The notes below the pieces were generated by a model that did not search any database, was not told where the DNA came from, and worked only from the letters and a program-made list of their open reading frames with translations. A program made the position numbers and the translations under genes. From positions 1 through 49,274 of the forward strand of contig CABMCB010000053.1 of NCBI GenBank assembly GCA_902384455.1: 49,274 nucleotides of DNA. The letters run 5' to 3'. This document shows positions 20,373 through 29,775 of the stretch, one piece after another. Position 1 is the first letter of the stretch, and every line of letters begins with the position of its first letter. The DNA is from an uncultured archaeon (lineage in GTDB: Archaea > Altiarchaeota > Altiarchaeia > IMC4 > SCGC-AAA252-I15).

Positions 20373-20789
20373 CTATCTGTAACTCTTCTGGCGCTTGTGG
20401 CGCGGGCCCTTGCTGCTTTGGCTGGGCTTGTGCGGTTCAGTCAGCCGGCTGTCTCCGGCTATGAGCGTTCTGTTGAATGCTAGGTAATGGGACAGCAGCG
20501 CTTCGCCTCCGGTCCATTGGGAAAGTCCTCTTGCTATGCTGTTTGCTGCAGCTTCTGCCTGGCTTATTACTCCTCCGCCTTTGACTGTGGTGTCTATGTT
20601 GATTGCGGACAGGTCAACGTGGTCTTTTGCGAGTAAAAGCACTTCTTGCACCAGCATCCGGGATACGTCTGTGCCGTATACGGGCAGAGGTATCTTGTTT
20701 ATTCGGACTACGCCTTTTCCGGACTGTATTGTCGTTCGGGCTATGGCCTTCTTTCTTTTTCCGGATATATGCAGTATTTTTTCTGGCAT
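20373..20789 (-). CDS. rps9: 30S ribosomal protein S9 (uS9)
   Basis: SGKRKKAIAR, GGGVISQAEA, C-terminal QKSYR. Confidence 0.96.
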   Translation of the reverse strand: MPEKILHISGKRKKAIARTTIQSGKGVVRINKIPLPVYGTDVSRMLVQEVLLLAKDHVDLSAINIDTTVKGGGVISQAEAAANSIARGLSQWTGGEALLSHYLAFNRTLIAGDSRLTEPHKPSQSSKGPRHKRQKSYR

Positions 20790-21232
20790 CAGTACTTCCC
20801 TCCGAGTTCTTTGCAGAGTGCCCCGACAGTTATGTAGTTTGCTAGTGACTTAGGTTTCATCGGCGGATTAATCTTTCCTTTTGTTACGTCAACGTCATGC
20901 TGCTTTTTAATTTCTTCTTTGGGTACGCCCATGTACACCATTATGCGCGAGAACGCTTCTCTCCCGCGGCTTTTCTCGTAAGGCAGCATACCTCGAATAG
21001 CCCTGCGGACATAGCGGTCAGGGCGGCGCTGGTGAAACGGACCCCTAAGGGGGCTGGCGTTGTTTTTTATGCTGAGCTTTACGCGCCCTTCTTCCACCAA
21101 CATGTCGGGTTTACCGGACACTAATGATTTTTCCGCGTTGACTATGATTATCTCTTCCTTTGTTGAAAGAGCCGCCTTGGCTACGTATGCTGCGAGTCGG
21201 CCTAACGTTTGGTTTGTTGCGTCTACTATCAT
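20789..21232 (-). CDS. rpl13: 50S ribosomal protein L13 (uL13)
   Basis: IVDATNQTLGRLAAYVAK, RRAIRGMLPY. Confidence 0.96.
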   Translation of the reverse strand: MIVDATNQTLGRLAAYVAKAALSTKEEIIIVNAEKSLVSGKPDMLVEEGRVKLSIKNNASPLRGPFHQRRPDRYVRRAIRGMLPYEKSRGREAFSRIMVYMGVPKEEIKKQHDVDVTKGKINPPMKPKSLANYITVGALCKELGGKY

Positions 21233-21235
21233 TTT

Positions 21236-21598
21236 TTAGCAGATTATTTTGATGTTTGTTCCGGACGGGTTTTCTTTTGCTATGTCGAGTATGCTTTTGT
21301 GGCTTCCTCCGGCGGATTCTATTTTGATTTTAGCTCCTTCAGTGAACTGGAAGGCGGCTACTATTACGCTGTGGTCTATGTCTCCGTCACCTAAGACTTT
21401 TCCAGGCACGACTATTATGTCGCCGTCTTGAGTGAACCGGTTGATTTTGTGGATGTTGACTTCCCTGCGTTGGCGTCTGCTTCGGGACAGTTCCTTGGCT
21501 ACGCGTTCCCATATGGCGGAGTCTTCCTTAGACGCCTTCTTCAGTTGCTGGATGACATCCAGCCTCGCCGGGTTTTCGTATCGAATGGTTCTTACCAT
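21236..21598 (-). CDS. rpl18e: 50S ribosomal protein L18e (eL18)
   Basis: IWERVAKEL, VNIHKINR, VVPGKVLGDG. Confidence 0.95.
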   Translation of the reverse strand: MVRTIRYENPARLDVIQQLKKASKEDSAIWERVAKELSRSRRQRREVNIHKINRFTQDGDIIVVPGKVLGDGDIDHSVIVAAFQFTEGAKIKIESAGGSHKSILDIAKENPSGTNIKIIC

Positions 21599-21626
21599 TT
21601 TCTTATGTTATGAACGTGATTGGGGA

Positions 21627-21709
21627 TGCGGGGGACGAGGTTCGAACTCGCGTAGGCCTTCGCCACACGGCCCTCAACCGTGCCCGTTTGACCACTCCGG
21701 CACCCCCGC
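21627..21709 (-). tRNA. tRNA-Leu(GAG), CCA not encoded
   Basis: GCGGGGG/CCCCCGC acceptor stem, CACGG-TT-GAG-GG-CCGTG anticodon arm, long variable arm, GTTCGAA T-loop. Confidence 0.93.
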
Positions 21710-21716
21710 GTAGGCA

Positions 21717-22319
21717 TCAAGCGATTTTTTCGCTGAATACCTCCATCTTTTCGTTGAGGACTTTGAACGCTTCCAAGAGCAATTCTTCCACAGGCAACTG
21801 GCCGAATGACTCCACGAAGGCGTCTATTCTGCCGTCCTGTTTTTGCTCGTAGGACATCAGTCCTGCCTGCCATTTGATGTGTTCGCGGCCGGTGCCGAGT
21901 CGGGCTGTGGCTTCGAGTTTGATGTGCTGGTCTGCGTTGAGTTTGTTTATGAGTGTTGTCGGGTATACGGGTGTTATTTCTGGGTCCTGAGGGTTTAGGT
22001 CGCTTGCGTGGACTATTCCTGGGCCTGTTATGTCGAGTGTGAATTGTGCTTTTTCTAGCGCTTTTCCTTTTCCTTTTGTTTTTTGGCCGGGTAGCGCGTA
22101 GTTTTTGAGGTCTGTTTTTAGGGGTGTTAGTCCTAGGCGGTGGGCGAGCATTTCGTCGTTTAGGGCGCTTGTGTTGTCGTGGAATGTCACTTCTTCTATG
22201 GCCATGACGGGCACTTCGCTTATGACGATTCGCCTTAGAGCGTTGATGACGGCCGCGTCTGCGCCTTTTACGGTGAATGTTATGACATCACCTTTCTTTT
22301 TCAGGTTTGTGACCTCCAT
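21717..22319 (-). CDS. rpoD: RNA polymerase subunit Rpo3/D (no Fe-S insertion)
   Basis: NALRRIVISEVPVMAIEEV, DEMLAHRLGL, GTGREHIKW, ESFGQL. Confidence 0.95.
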   Translation of the reverse strand: MEVTNLKKKGDVITFTVKGADAAVINALRRIVISEVPVMAIEEVTFHDNTSALNDEMLAHRLGLTPLKTDLKNYALPGQKTKGKGKALEKAQFTLDITGPGIVHASDLNPQDPEITPVYPTTLINKLNADQHIKLEATARLGTGREHIKWQAGLMSYEQKQDGRIDAFVESFGQLPVEELLLEAFKVLNEKMEVFSEKIA

Positions 22320-22322
22320 TTT

Positions 22323-22928
22323 TTATACTCTCCTCCCGCGTTTTCCGCCTTTGATTCGGCAGCCGTCGTGTGGGATGGGCGTGACGTCTTCTATGCGTCC
22401 GATTTTGATTCCTGCTCTGGATAGCGCGCGTATTGCGGCTTGGGCTCCTTTTCCGGGGTAGCGGGGGCCGTTGTGGCCGCCTGGTGCTCTTACTCGGATG
22501 TGGACGCCGGTGAATCCTTTTTCGCGTAGTGCGTCGGCGATGCCCATTGCGGATTGCATTGCTGCGTATGGGCTGCTTTCTTCTCTTTGGCTTTTTACCA
22601 TCATTCCGCCGGATACGACTTTGATTGTTTCTGCGCTTGTGATGTCTGTTGCGTGGAGTATTGTGTTGTTTTTGCTGCTGTATATGTGTAGGATGCCCCA
22701 TAGGTCTTGTTTGGGTTTTTGGGCTTCTTCTGCGATTTCTTCAGCTGGAACTTCTGCTTTTGCTTCTTCGGCGGGCTCTTTTTTCTCCGTCTTTGTTGTT
22801 TCGCCGCTTTCTTCAGATTTCTTTTTTCTTGCGCGCTTTGGTTTTTCCTTGGTTTCTTCGGTCGCCTTGGCTTCCTTGGGCTGTGCGACTTCTTCCTGCG
22901 CGTCCTTCGGATCTGTTTCGTCGGTCAT
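22323..22928 (-). CDS. rps11: 30S ribosomal protein S11 (uS11) with ~75-aa E/K-rich N-terminal extension
   Basis: [39 protein letters not shown]. Confidence 0.96.
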   Translation of the reverse strand: MTDETDPKDAQEEVAQPKEAKATEETKEKPKRARKKKSEESGETTKTEKKEPAEEAKAEVPAEEIAEEAQKPKQDLWGILHIYSSKNNTILHATDITSAETIKVVSGGMMVKSQREESSPYAAMQSAMGIADALREKGFTGVHIRVRAPGGHNGPRYPGKGAQAAIRALSRAGIKIGRIEDVTPIPHDGCRIKGGKRGRRV

Positions 22929-22945
22929 GTTTTTGAATCGGATTT

Positions 22946-23533
22946 TTATTCGGCAGTTTCTACTGCGATTGGAGCCGGCTGCTCAACAGCGGGTGCTGTC
23001 GGGTGGGCTTTTTTGGTTGCGGCTTCTTTTGCCATTGCGGCTTGTGCTTCTTTTATTGCGAGTATTTTTTCGACCAGCTGGATTTTTCCTTCTTCTTCGG
23101 TCGAGACTATGTATGTCGGCATGTCGACTATTCTGTCGCCGACTTTGATGTGCCGGTGGATAATGAACTGGCGGGCTTGCGCGATGGTGTTGGCGAGGCC
23201 TTTTCGGTATACGACTGTTTGCAGGCGTCTTTCCAGCAGGTTTTCTATGGTTAGTGCGAGTACGTCGTCGAGGGTTTTGGCGTCTGCTATTCCGCTTTTG
23301 CGCAGGATGTCCAGGAGTTCTTTTCTTTCTTTCTGGGTTTGGTCTTCAGGTAGGCTCAGTAGTTTTCGGGCGTTCTGTCTGAAGCGGCGTATGGCTTGGT
23401 TTGCGCGCCATATTTCCTTCATGCTCCTTAAGCCGTATTTCTTTTTTGTTTCTGTCTCCTGTACTATGCGTTCGCTTTTCCAGGGGTGGCTTGGGTGCGA
23501 GTATTTTTTATGTGCTTTTCGTGGGTCTCCCAT
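22946..23533 (-). CDS. rps4: 30S ribosomal protein S4 (uS4)
   Basis: [34 protein letters not shown]. Confidence 0.96.
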   Translation of the reverse strand: MGDPRKAHKKYSHPSHPWKSERIVQETETKKKYGLRSMKEIWRANQAIRRFRQNARKLLSLPEDQTQKERKELLDILRKSGIADAKTLDDVLALTIENLLERRLQTVVYRKGLANTIAQARQFIIHRHIKVGDRIVDMPTYIVSTEEEGKIQLVEKILAIKEAQAAMAKEAATKKAHPTAPAVEQPAPIAVETAE

Positions 23534-23542
23534 TGTGAACCT

Positions 23543-24139
23543 CTATTTTTTCTCCGTTGAACCCGAACCTGTTGATGCGGGTTGCTCTTTCTTTCGGACG
23601 ACGCCGATTGCGCCTCCTTTGCGGAATGTTGAGCGTGTGCGTTGGCCTCTTACTGGTTGGCCTGTTGCGTGGCGGAAGCCTTTCCAGCTTCTTATCCGCT
23701 TTAGTCTGGCGATGTCTTCTCGCACTGCGATTTCGACTTCGGGGCCGATTAGGTGGTGGTTTCCGCCGTCTATGGGGTCTTTTCGGCGGTTTATCATCCA
23801 GTTGGGCACCGCTTGGCTTATTGAAGAAATGATTGCTTCGAGTTTTTCTACGTCGGCTTCAGTTAGGGTTCCCAGCTTCTTTTTCTGGGGGTAGCCGGCT
23901 TGCCGCACTATGGCGGTCGCTATTTGGGGGCCGACTCCTTTGATTCGTGTGATTGCGCGGCGTATGTCTAGGTTTCCTTCTAGTACTACTCCTGAAACTC
24001 TGACTAGGTGTGTGAATCCGTCTTCTGTTGTTTCGGCTGGTTTTTTAGCGTGTCCGCCTTCTGGCTTCGGCTTGTTGGCCTTGGCTTTCTTTTTGGCGTC
24101 TTCAGGTATTTCCAGCGGTTTGGTTTCAGGTTTTGGCAT
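23543..24139 (-). CDS. rps13: 30S ribosomal protein S13 (uS13) with N-terminal extension
   Basis: IKGVG, PNWMINRRKD, GQPVRGQRTRS. Confidence 0.96.
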   Translation of the reverse strand: MPKPETKPLEIPEDAKKKAKANKPKPEGGHAKKPAETTEDGFTHLVRVSGVVLEGNLDIRRAITRIKGVGPQIATAIVRQAGYPQKKKLGTLTEADVEKLEAIISSISQAVPNWMINRRKDPIDGGNHHLIGPEVEIAVREDIARLKRIRSWKGFRHATGQPVRGQRTRSTFRKGGAIGVVRKKEQPASTGSGSTEKK

Positions 24140-24154
24140 CGTATTCGTTCGAAA

Positions 24155-24258
24155 CGCCGAGGTTGGGATTTGAACCCAAGAGGCCTTTCGGCCACGGGTT
24201 TACTCGTCTTTTATGGATTTCAAGACCCGCGCGATAGACCGGACTCCGCCACCTCGGC
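24155..24258 (-). tRNA. tRNA-Ser(TGA) with 18-nt intron at position 37/38 (24201-24218)
   Basis: GCCGAGG/CCTCGGC acceptor stem; CGGGT-CT-TGA-A[ATCCATAAAAGACGAGTA]A-ACCCG; BHB central helix CUUG/CGAG with two 3-nt bulges. Confidence 0.9.
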
Positions 24259-24366
24259 TTTTTTATTGTGCGAAGAGTTACCGTCAAGGGCGCAAGGCCC
24301 GACTAAACCCACTCTTGGGCGACCAGTTTCTTTCGAAACCGTAGATGTTATAATGGGCATACGGAC

Positions 24367-24374
24367 TATATAAA
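24367..24374 (-). promoter_or_regulatory. Putative TATA box for the tRNA-Ser/rps13 operon
   Basis: TTTATATA on the minus strand about 110 nt upstream of tRNA-Ser. Confidence 0.5.
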
Positions 24375-24377
24375 TGC

Positions 24378-25100
24378 ATGGTTTTAGGCGAATCTTTGTC
24401 TGCGGTGCTGTTTGACTTGTGGAGGACTCTTGCTTATTCGGACGAAGAGGGTAGGCAGCGTGATGAAGAAAACGTCGTCACATTCCTCAAATCGTTTAAT
24501 CCTGCCGTTGACATCGAGATGTACCGCGGTTTGCGCAAGAAGTTTCATACGGACTTGACGACCGGGAAACTTTCTCTCAACGAAGTTAACGCCCGCATAG
24601 CGGAAGAAATCGGCGCTCCACCGCAGGCGGCAACAACGCTCACAAAGGCGGTTGAGGCCGCGGTAGTCCGTAATGTGCGGGCTTATGATGGTGCGCATGA
24701 TGTTTTGGATGGGCTTCGTGAGGAGGGTTTGTTGTTGGGTTTGGTGACTAATTGTGCGGGCGATACCTTGGGTTTGTTGAGGAAGGTTGATTTGGATTTG
24801 TTTGATGCTTATGGGTTTTCTGATGAGGTTGGTGTGCGTAAGCCGGATCCTAAGATTTATGTTAAGGTGACTGGGGAGTTGGGTGTTGGACCTGAGAGGT
24901 GTGTTTTTGTTTCTGATGAGATTGAGGATTTGGTTGGCGCGAGTAAGTTGGGGATGAGGACTGTTCATGTCGTCCGCGCCAAGGGCGGGCGCATTTTTGA
25001 CGTGGATGATTATGCCGCCGATTTTAAGCCTGATGCGTCTGTTTCGTCTCTTTATGCGGTTTATGACGTTGTTTTGGGGTGGGTTGATGAGGGGCGTTGA
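24378..25100 (+). CDS. HAD-superfamily hydrolase
   Basis: VLFDLWRTL, LVTN, KPDPKIY, FVSDEIEDLVGA. Confidence 0.88.
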   Translation: MVLGESLSAVLFDLWRTLAYSDEEGRQRDEENVVTFLKSFNPAVDIEMYRGLRKKFHTDLTTGKLSLNEVNARIAEEIGAPPQAATTLTKAVEAAVVRNVRAYDGAHDVLDGLREEGLLLGLVTNCAGDTLGLLRKVDLDLFDAYGFSDEVGVRKPDPKIYVKVTGELGVGPERCVFVSDEIEDLVGASKLGMRTVHVVRAKGGRIFDVDDYAADFKPDASVSSLYAVYDVVLGWVDEGR

Positions 25101-25758
25101 CGCTGTTTTGTTTGACTTGGACGGCGTGTTGGTTGATTCTGAGGCTTATTCGCTTACTTCCACGAGGTTGTTGTTTGAGGAGTTGGGTACGCCTTGGAGG
25201 GATAGTCTTTTTGAGGAGACTTTCGGGAAGAGGACCAGCGAGAACCTCGCAATATTCAAAGGCAAGTACGGTTGGAAGCCGAGTGTTCCGTGGCTTGTGC
25301 GCAGGAAAAACGACATTTTCCTTGATTTGATTCGAGGGCGGCTTAAGCCTCTGCCCGGAGTGGTTGCACTGCTGAAGGATTTGGAGGCCGCCCGTGTTCC
25401 TTTGGCTGTTGTGTCTGCGAGTCCGAGGAGGCGGGTTTTGGGTAGTCTTGATGAGGCTGGTCTTGAGGGTTTTTTTGCTACTGTTGTTTCGGGTGATGAT
25501 GTGTCGTGTTGTAAGCCCAGTCCTGCGCCGTATAGGCTTGGTCTTAGGCGGCTTAAGGCTTCGGCTGGTAAGTCTGTGGCCATTGAGGATACTGATTCGG
25601 GTGTTGCGTCTGCGACTGCGGCGGGGATTGTTTGTCTTGGCGTGAGAAGCCCTAATACTTTCGGGCAGACTCTTGGGGGCGCCAACAAGGTGGTCGGCAG
25701 TCTTAAGGGAGTTGACGCTGAGTTTCTTTGCGGGCTTGTTGCGCGGCGTAAGGGTTGA
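25087..25758 (+). CDS. HAD-family phosphatase (beta-PGM/CbbY-like); start at ATG 25087
   Basis: LFDLDGVLVDSE, VVSAS, KPSPAPY, IEDTDSGVASA. Confidence 0.9.
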   Translation: MRGVDAVLFDLDGVLVDSEAYSLTSTRLLFEELGTPWRDSLFEETFGKRTSENLAIFKGKYGWKPSVPWLVRRKNDIFLDLIRGRLKPLPGVVALLKDLEAARVPLAVVSASPRRRVLGSLDEAGLEGFFATVVSGDDVSCCKPSPAPYRLGLRRLKASAGKSVAIEDTDSGVASATAAGIVCLGVRSPNTFGQTLGGANKVVGSLKGVDAEFLCGLVARRKG

Positions 25759-25797
25759 AGCGGCTTTTTTATTCGGCGTCTGCCGTATTGTTACGCT

Positions 25798-27519
25798 ATG
25801 CGCATTGCAGTCGTAGATTTTGAGCGGTGTCGTCCTAAGGACTGCGGTAACTTCCTTTGCGTTAGAGTGTGCCCTGTCCTTAAGGCGGGGGTGGAGTGCA
25901 TAGGCGAAAACAAGGAGACTGGCAAGCCGTTCATAAGCGAGGAGTTGTGCACAGGCTGCGGAATCTGCCCCAAGAAGTGCCCGTTTCAGGCGATAACAAT
26001 AATCAATCTGCCGGAAAGCATAGGCGACCCGGTTCACCGCTTCGGACTAAACGGGTTCAGGCTGCATAATCTTCCCACGCCAAAGGAAGGCATTGTCGGG
26101 CTTGTTGGAGCCAACGGCATCGGCAAGTCCACTGCGTTGAAGATTCTTTCAGGAGAACTCAAGCCTAATCTCGGCTTCTTGGAAGGAGAAGTCGACTGGC
26201 GGCGCATCATAGAAAGATTCAGAGGACAGGAAATCCAGAATTACCTCGAACAGCTTTCAGCCAAAAACATCAAGGCAGTGTACAAGCCGCAGTACGTGGA
26301 TTCACTGCCTAAGCACGTGAAAGGAAAAGTCCGCGCGATACTTAAGAAGGCGGACGAAGAAGGCCGTATGGATTCTATTGTTGATCAGTTGGATTTGGGC
26401 AGTGCGCTTGACAAGAGTATGGATGAGTTGTCTGGCGGGGAGCTTCAGCGTGTTGCTGTGGCTGCGGCTTTGGGCCGTAAGAGCGATGTTGTTTTGTTGG
26501 ACGAGCCTTCGAGTTATTTGGACGTTAAGGAGCGGCTTAAGCTTGCTCGTCTTGTGCGCGCTCAGGAGGGCAAGAATGTTTTTGTGGTCGAGCATGACCT
26601 TGTCGTGTTGGATTATTTGTCTGATTGGGTGCACGTTTTCTTCGGGGAGCACGGCGTCTACGGGATAGTCAGCAACTCTTTGGGGGTGCGCGCGGGAATC
26701 AACGAGTATTTGTCCGGCTTCTTGACGAGCGAGAACATGCGCTTCAGGCAGTCCATCAAGTTTGAGGTGAGGCCGCCTAAGGATTCTACTCATAGGGTGG
26801 TTCGTTTTGAGTATCCGAGTATGAGTAAGACTTACGATGGTTTTTCCGTTGATGTGGGGGCGGGTGTTATTCGTGCGCCGGAGATTCTTGGTATTCTTGG
26901 TCCTAATGCGACTGGTAAGACTACTTTCGTTAAGATGCTTGCTGGGGCGGTTAAGCCTGACGGCGGGGAGGTGGATTTGGGTTTGAGTGTTTCTTATAAG
27001 CCGCAGTATATTCAGCCTCAGGATATGCCTGTTGCTGCGTTGCGCATTAAGGAGGATTTGAAGACGCTTTTTGGAATCAATTATTTGTTGGAGAGGAATC
27101 TTACGGAGCTTTCCGGCGGGGAACTGCAGAAGGTGGCGGTTGCGGAATGTTTGAGCAAGCAGGCAGACGTTTATTTGCTGGACGAGCCCTCCGCCTACTT
27201 GGATATAGAAGAGCGCCTTAAGTTGGCCAAGCACCTTAAGAGGTTCGCCTATGAGAACGCCACAAGCATAATGGTCGTAGACCACGACATCCTGCTCATA
27301 GACTACCTGTCGGACGCGCTGCTCGTATTCGAAGGAGAGGCGGGAGTAAGCGGCCGCGCCCAAGCGCCTCTTCCTCCGCGCGAAGGAATGAACTTGTTTT
27401 TGAAGCAGATGGACGTGACTTTCAGAAGAGACCCCGACACAGGGCGTCCTAGGGCTAACAAGCCGGGCAGCGTCAAGGACCGTGAGCAACGCGCAGCAGG
27501 CGAATACTACTACGGGTAA
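25798..27519 (+). CDS. rli1: Ribosome recycling factor ABCE1/Rli1
   Basis: N-terminal Fe-S cysteines (CTGCGICPKKCP), two ABC domains (GANGIGKS, GPNATGKT, LSGGELQ), TFRRDPDTGRPRANK. Confidence 0.97.
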   Translation: MRIAVVDFERCRPKDCGNFLCVRVCPVLKAGVECIGENKETGKPFISEELCTGCGICPKKCPFQAITIINLPESIGDPVHRFGLNGFRLHNLPTPKEGIVGLVGANGIGKSTALKILSGELKPNLGFLEGEVDWRRIIERFRGQEIQNYLEQLSAKNIKAVYKPQYVDSLPKHVKGKVRAILKKADEEGRMDSIVDQLDLGSALDKSMDELSGGELQRVAVAAALGRKSDVVLLDEPSSYLDVKERLKLARLVRAQEGKNVFVVEHDLVVLDYLSDWVHVFFGEHGVYGIVSNSLGVRAGINEYLSGFLTSENMRFRQSIKFEVRPPKDSTHRVVRFEYPSMSKTYDGFSVDVGAGVIRAPEILGILGPNATGKTTFVKMLAGAVKPDGGEVDLGLSVSYKPQYIQPQDMPVAALRIKEDLKTLFGINYLLERNLTELSGGELQKVAVAECLSKQADVYLLDEPSAYLDIEERLKLAKHLKRFAYENATSIMVVDHDILLIDYLSDALLVFEGEAGVSGRAQAPLPPREGMNLFLKQMDVTFRRDPDTGRPRANKPGSVKDREQRAAGEYYYG

Positions 27520-27541
27520 ATGTTTTTTGTTTTAGGTTGCG

Positions 27542-28354
27542 TTGTATTGTTTTGTGGAGAAGCGTGTTTTGCGCGGCGGAGACTTCAGGGAACTGGAGGA
27601 AGTGCATCTTCCCGCGGGAGTTGAAGTTTGCAGTCAGACTTTTTTCGGCCGTCATTTTTGGGTTATGGATTGGTTGAGGAGGAATCCGCTTGGTTTGGCG
27701 GGCGACGTTAATGTTGCGGATTTGGGCGGCGGGTGTTCTCCGGCTGCGGGCCTTGCGCATTCTAACGCTAGGGGGAGGCGTTTTAGTTGGGAGCCTCTTG
27801 AGATTTTTGATGCTCTGTCTAAGGCGGGCGTTAGGGCGAATGTTGACGTCTATGACATTAGGTCTGTTGTGGCGGAGGTTGTTAACGGTCAGGGGGCGGT
27901 TTTTGTTTCTCGGCTGGATAATCCTTCGCGGGATGCGTTTCCGCCCGGTTACGCGGACGAGTTTCTTCTCGGCTGCAAAAGCCACACTCATTCGCAGGCT
28001 TTTCTTGACGGAGATTTGGTGAAGGGGCTTACTGTGTCTCACGCGAGGACAATAGAGATTCCGCCTGAAATCAGGGAGAGGATAAACGGGTTTGCCGCGG
28101 ACTACACACGAGAAGATTTCTTTAGGCCTGATGGGCGGGAAAACCACTACGACTTAATCGTCCGGTTGGGGCCGGGATTGCGCAAGGAGGTGGGGGAGGA
28201 GGTTATGAATCAGCCTAACGTTAATGCGGTGTTCAGGGCTTTGAAGCCCGGCGGACGCTACCTCGTAAGAAGCGACTTCGATGCGGGCGGACTCCCGTGG
28301 GTTCGCCCGGATGTTGCGGCGCCCGCTGGCTACGTCATACTGCAGAAGCCTTAG
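27542..28354 (+). CDS. Hypothetical protein with class I SAM-methyltransferase-like motifs; start uncertain
   Basis: VADLGGG, YDLIV, FRALKPGGRYLV. Confidence 0.5.
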   Translation: MYCFVEKRVLRGGDFRELEEVHLPAGVEVCSQTFFGRHFWVMDWLRRNPLGLAGDVNVADLGGGCSPAAGLAHSNARGRRFSWEPLEIFDALSKAGVRANVDVYDIRSVVAEVVNGQGAVFVSRLDNPSRDAFPPGYADEFLLGCKSHTHSQAFLDGDLVKGLTVSHARTIEIPPEIRERINGFAADYTREDFFRPDGRENHYDLIVRLGPGLRKEVGEEVMNQPNVNAVFRALKPGGRYLVRSDFDAGGLPWVRPDVAAPAGYVILQKP

Positions 28355-28360
28355 GCGTAC

Positions 28361-29137
28361 TTAATCGAATGCTTGCAGGGGTTTGCAGAGTTTGCTGTCG
28401 AATTCGCACAGTATTGCGTTTGCGGCTATTTCCGGCACGCAGACTACGTTGTGGGCTCCGGCCATCTTCATTTTTTTGACTGAGTCGGGTCTGTTGGCGC
28501 GGGCGTATATTTTGGCTTTAGGGTTCATTTCTTTGGCGGTCAGTATTGTGAACACCGTTTCTGGGTCGCTGTTTAATGCGATTATTACTGCTGACGCCCG
28601 TTCTACGCCCGCTTTTTTGAGTACGCCGGATTCCGTTGATGTCCCCTCGACTATGGGGTATCCTGCGTTCAGTGCTGCTTCTACTGACGCATCCCTGTTT
28701 TCTACGACGACTACTGATTGTAGCCCAGATGCTACGCGGGCTCCTACGTCTCCGTAGCCGCAAAGCACCACATGGTTTTTCATCTTCTTTATTTTGTCTT
28801 GCATTTGCTCCATCTTGAACACCTCAATCATCTTTCCTTCGAATATCGTTACGGATACGGCCGATAGGAGGTAAAGGTATGCTCCTACTCCGAGGGGGAT
28901 GAACATTATTAGGAATATTTTGGTTTCGTGGCTGGTGGGTGTGATGTCGCCGTATCCTATTGTGGATAGTGTGACTACTGTGAAGTAAAGTGAGTCCATA
29001 AGCGACAGGTGTTCTAGCCGCGTGAAGCTGAACGTCCCGATAAGTAAGACGAAGAGTATGAAAGCTATTGCTCCCAGTAGGTGCCGAAACGACCTGTGCA
29101 GGTGCTGGAAGAGCGATGTCGGACCGAATTCCATCAT
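28361..29137 (-). CDS. 2-TM potassium channel with RCK/TrkA-N domain (MthK-like)
   Basis: TLSTIGYGDITP selectivity filter; HVVLCGYGDVG. Confidence 0.92.
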   Translation of the reverse strand: MMEFGPTSLFQHLHRSFRHLLGAIAFILFVLLIGTFSFTRLEHLSLMDSLYFTVVTLSTIGYGDITPTSHETKIFLIMFIPLGVGAYLYLLSAVSVTIFEGKMIEVFKMEQMQDKIKKMKNHVVLCGYGDVGARVASGLQSVVVVENRDASVEAALNAGYPIVEGTSTESGVLKKAGVERASAVIIALNSDPETVFTILTAKEMNPKAKIYARANRPDSVKKMKMAGAHNVVCVPEIAANAILCEFDSKLCKPLQAFD

Positions 29138-29171
29138 TTTAATTATGGGGAGGAGGGGTTATTATTGTTGA

Positions 29172-29756
29172 TTATGCGTCTTGGCCTTGGGCTATTTCGT
29201 AGTCGCATTTGCAGTGGCCGGGGTTTTCTTCGTCTCCTTTGACGAATATGCATTTGCCTTGTGGGCACGCTAGTCCTTTGCAGTCGTCTTGTGATGTGGC
29301 GTTTGTTTCTCCCCAGCAGTATTTTTTGGTTGGGGTGGATGTTTCTGTTGTGTTGCCGCAGGCTATTGTTGTTGAGGAGGATATGCATGCGGGTTCTGTT
29401 GTGGTGGTTGAAGTGGTTGTGGTTGTCGTAGTCGTTGTGGGTGTCGTAGTCGTTGTTGTGGTTTCTTCTGTTGTGGTGGTGGTTTCTTCAGTGAGGGTTG
29501 TTGTAGATGGTTCGTTTGTTGTGGGGGTTGCGGGTTCGTTGAGTGTTGTCGTTGACGCCTCAGATGTTTCTGGCGTTGTTTCTCCGGCTATGAGTCTGGC
29601 GGCGGTCGCCCTAATGTCGTTTAGAGTCGGCAGCGTCGGCTTGCCTGAGGACAGAAGAGAGACGATGCCTAACGTTATGGCGCAGAACAATACCAGCGTA
29701 AGCACAAATAAAATGTGCCTTATCACCCCTGCCATACCGGTTAGAAACAGGGACAC
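29172..29756 (-). CDS. Membrane-anchored Thr-rich protein with small Cys-rich C-terminal domain
   Basis: N-terminal TM, poly-Thr linker, C-terminal CW...C...C...C...CKC. Confidence 0.7.
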   Translation of the reverse strand: MSLFLTGMAGVIRHILFVLTLVLFCAITLGIVSLLSSGKPTLPTLNDIRATAARLIAGETTPETSEASTTTLNEPATPTTNEPSTTTLTEETTTTTEETTTTTTTPTTTTTTTTTSTTTTEPACISSSTTIACGNTTETSTPTKKYCWGETNATSQDDCKGLACPQGKCIFVKGDEENPGHCKCDYEIAQGQDA

Positions 29757-29775
29757 GTCCGTTTAAAATCCTGTT

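Noticed and set aside
22707-23894. 395-aa plus-strand ORF
   Set aside because: Antisense to rps11/rps4/rps13; low-complexity F/S/L sequence
24260-24360. Small r-protein ORF, hammerhead or RNase P RNA upstream of tRNA-Ser
   Set aside because: Translation gives no recognisable protein; no CUGANGA or GAGGAAAGUCC cores
25024-27489. 337-aa and 395-aa minus-strand ORFs
   Set aside because: Antisense to the HAD genes and rli1; the T-poor strand lacks stop codons
29400-29560. CRISPR-like or mobile repeat
   Set aside because: Degenerate GTN triplets encoding poly-Thr; no repeat-spacer structure and no cas genes in the window
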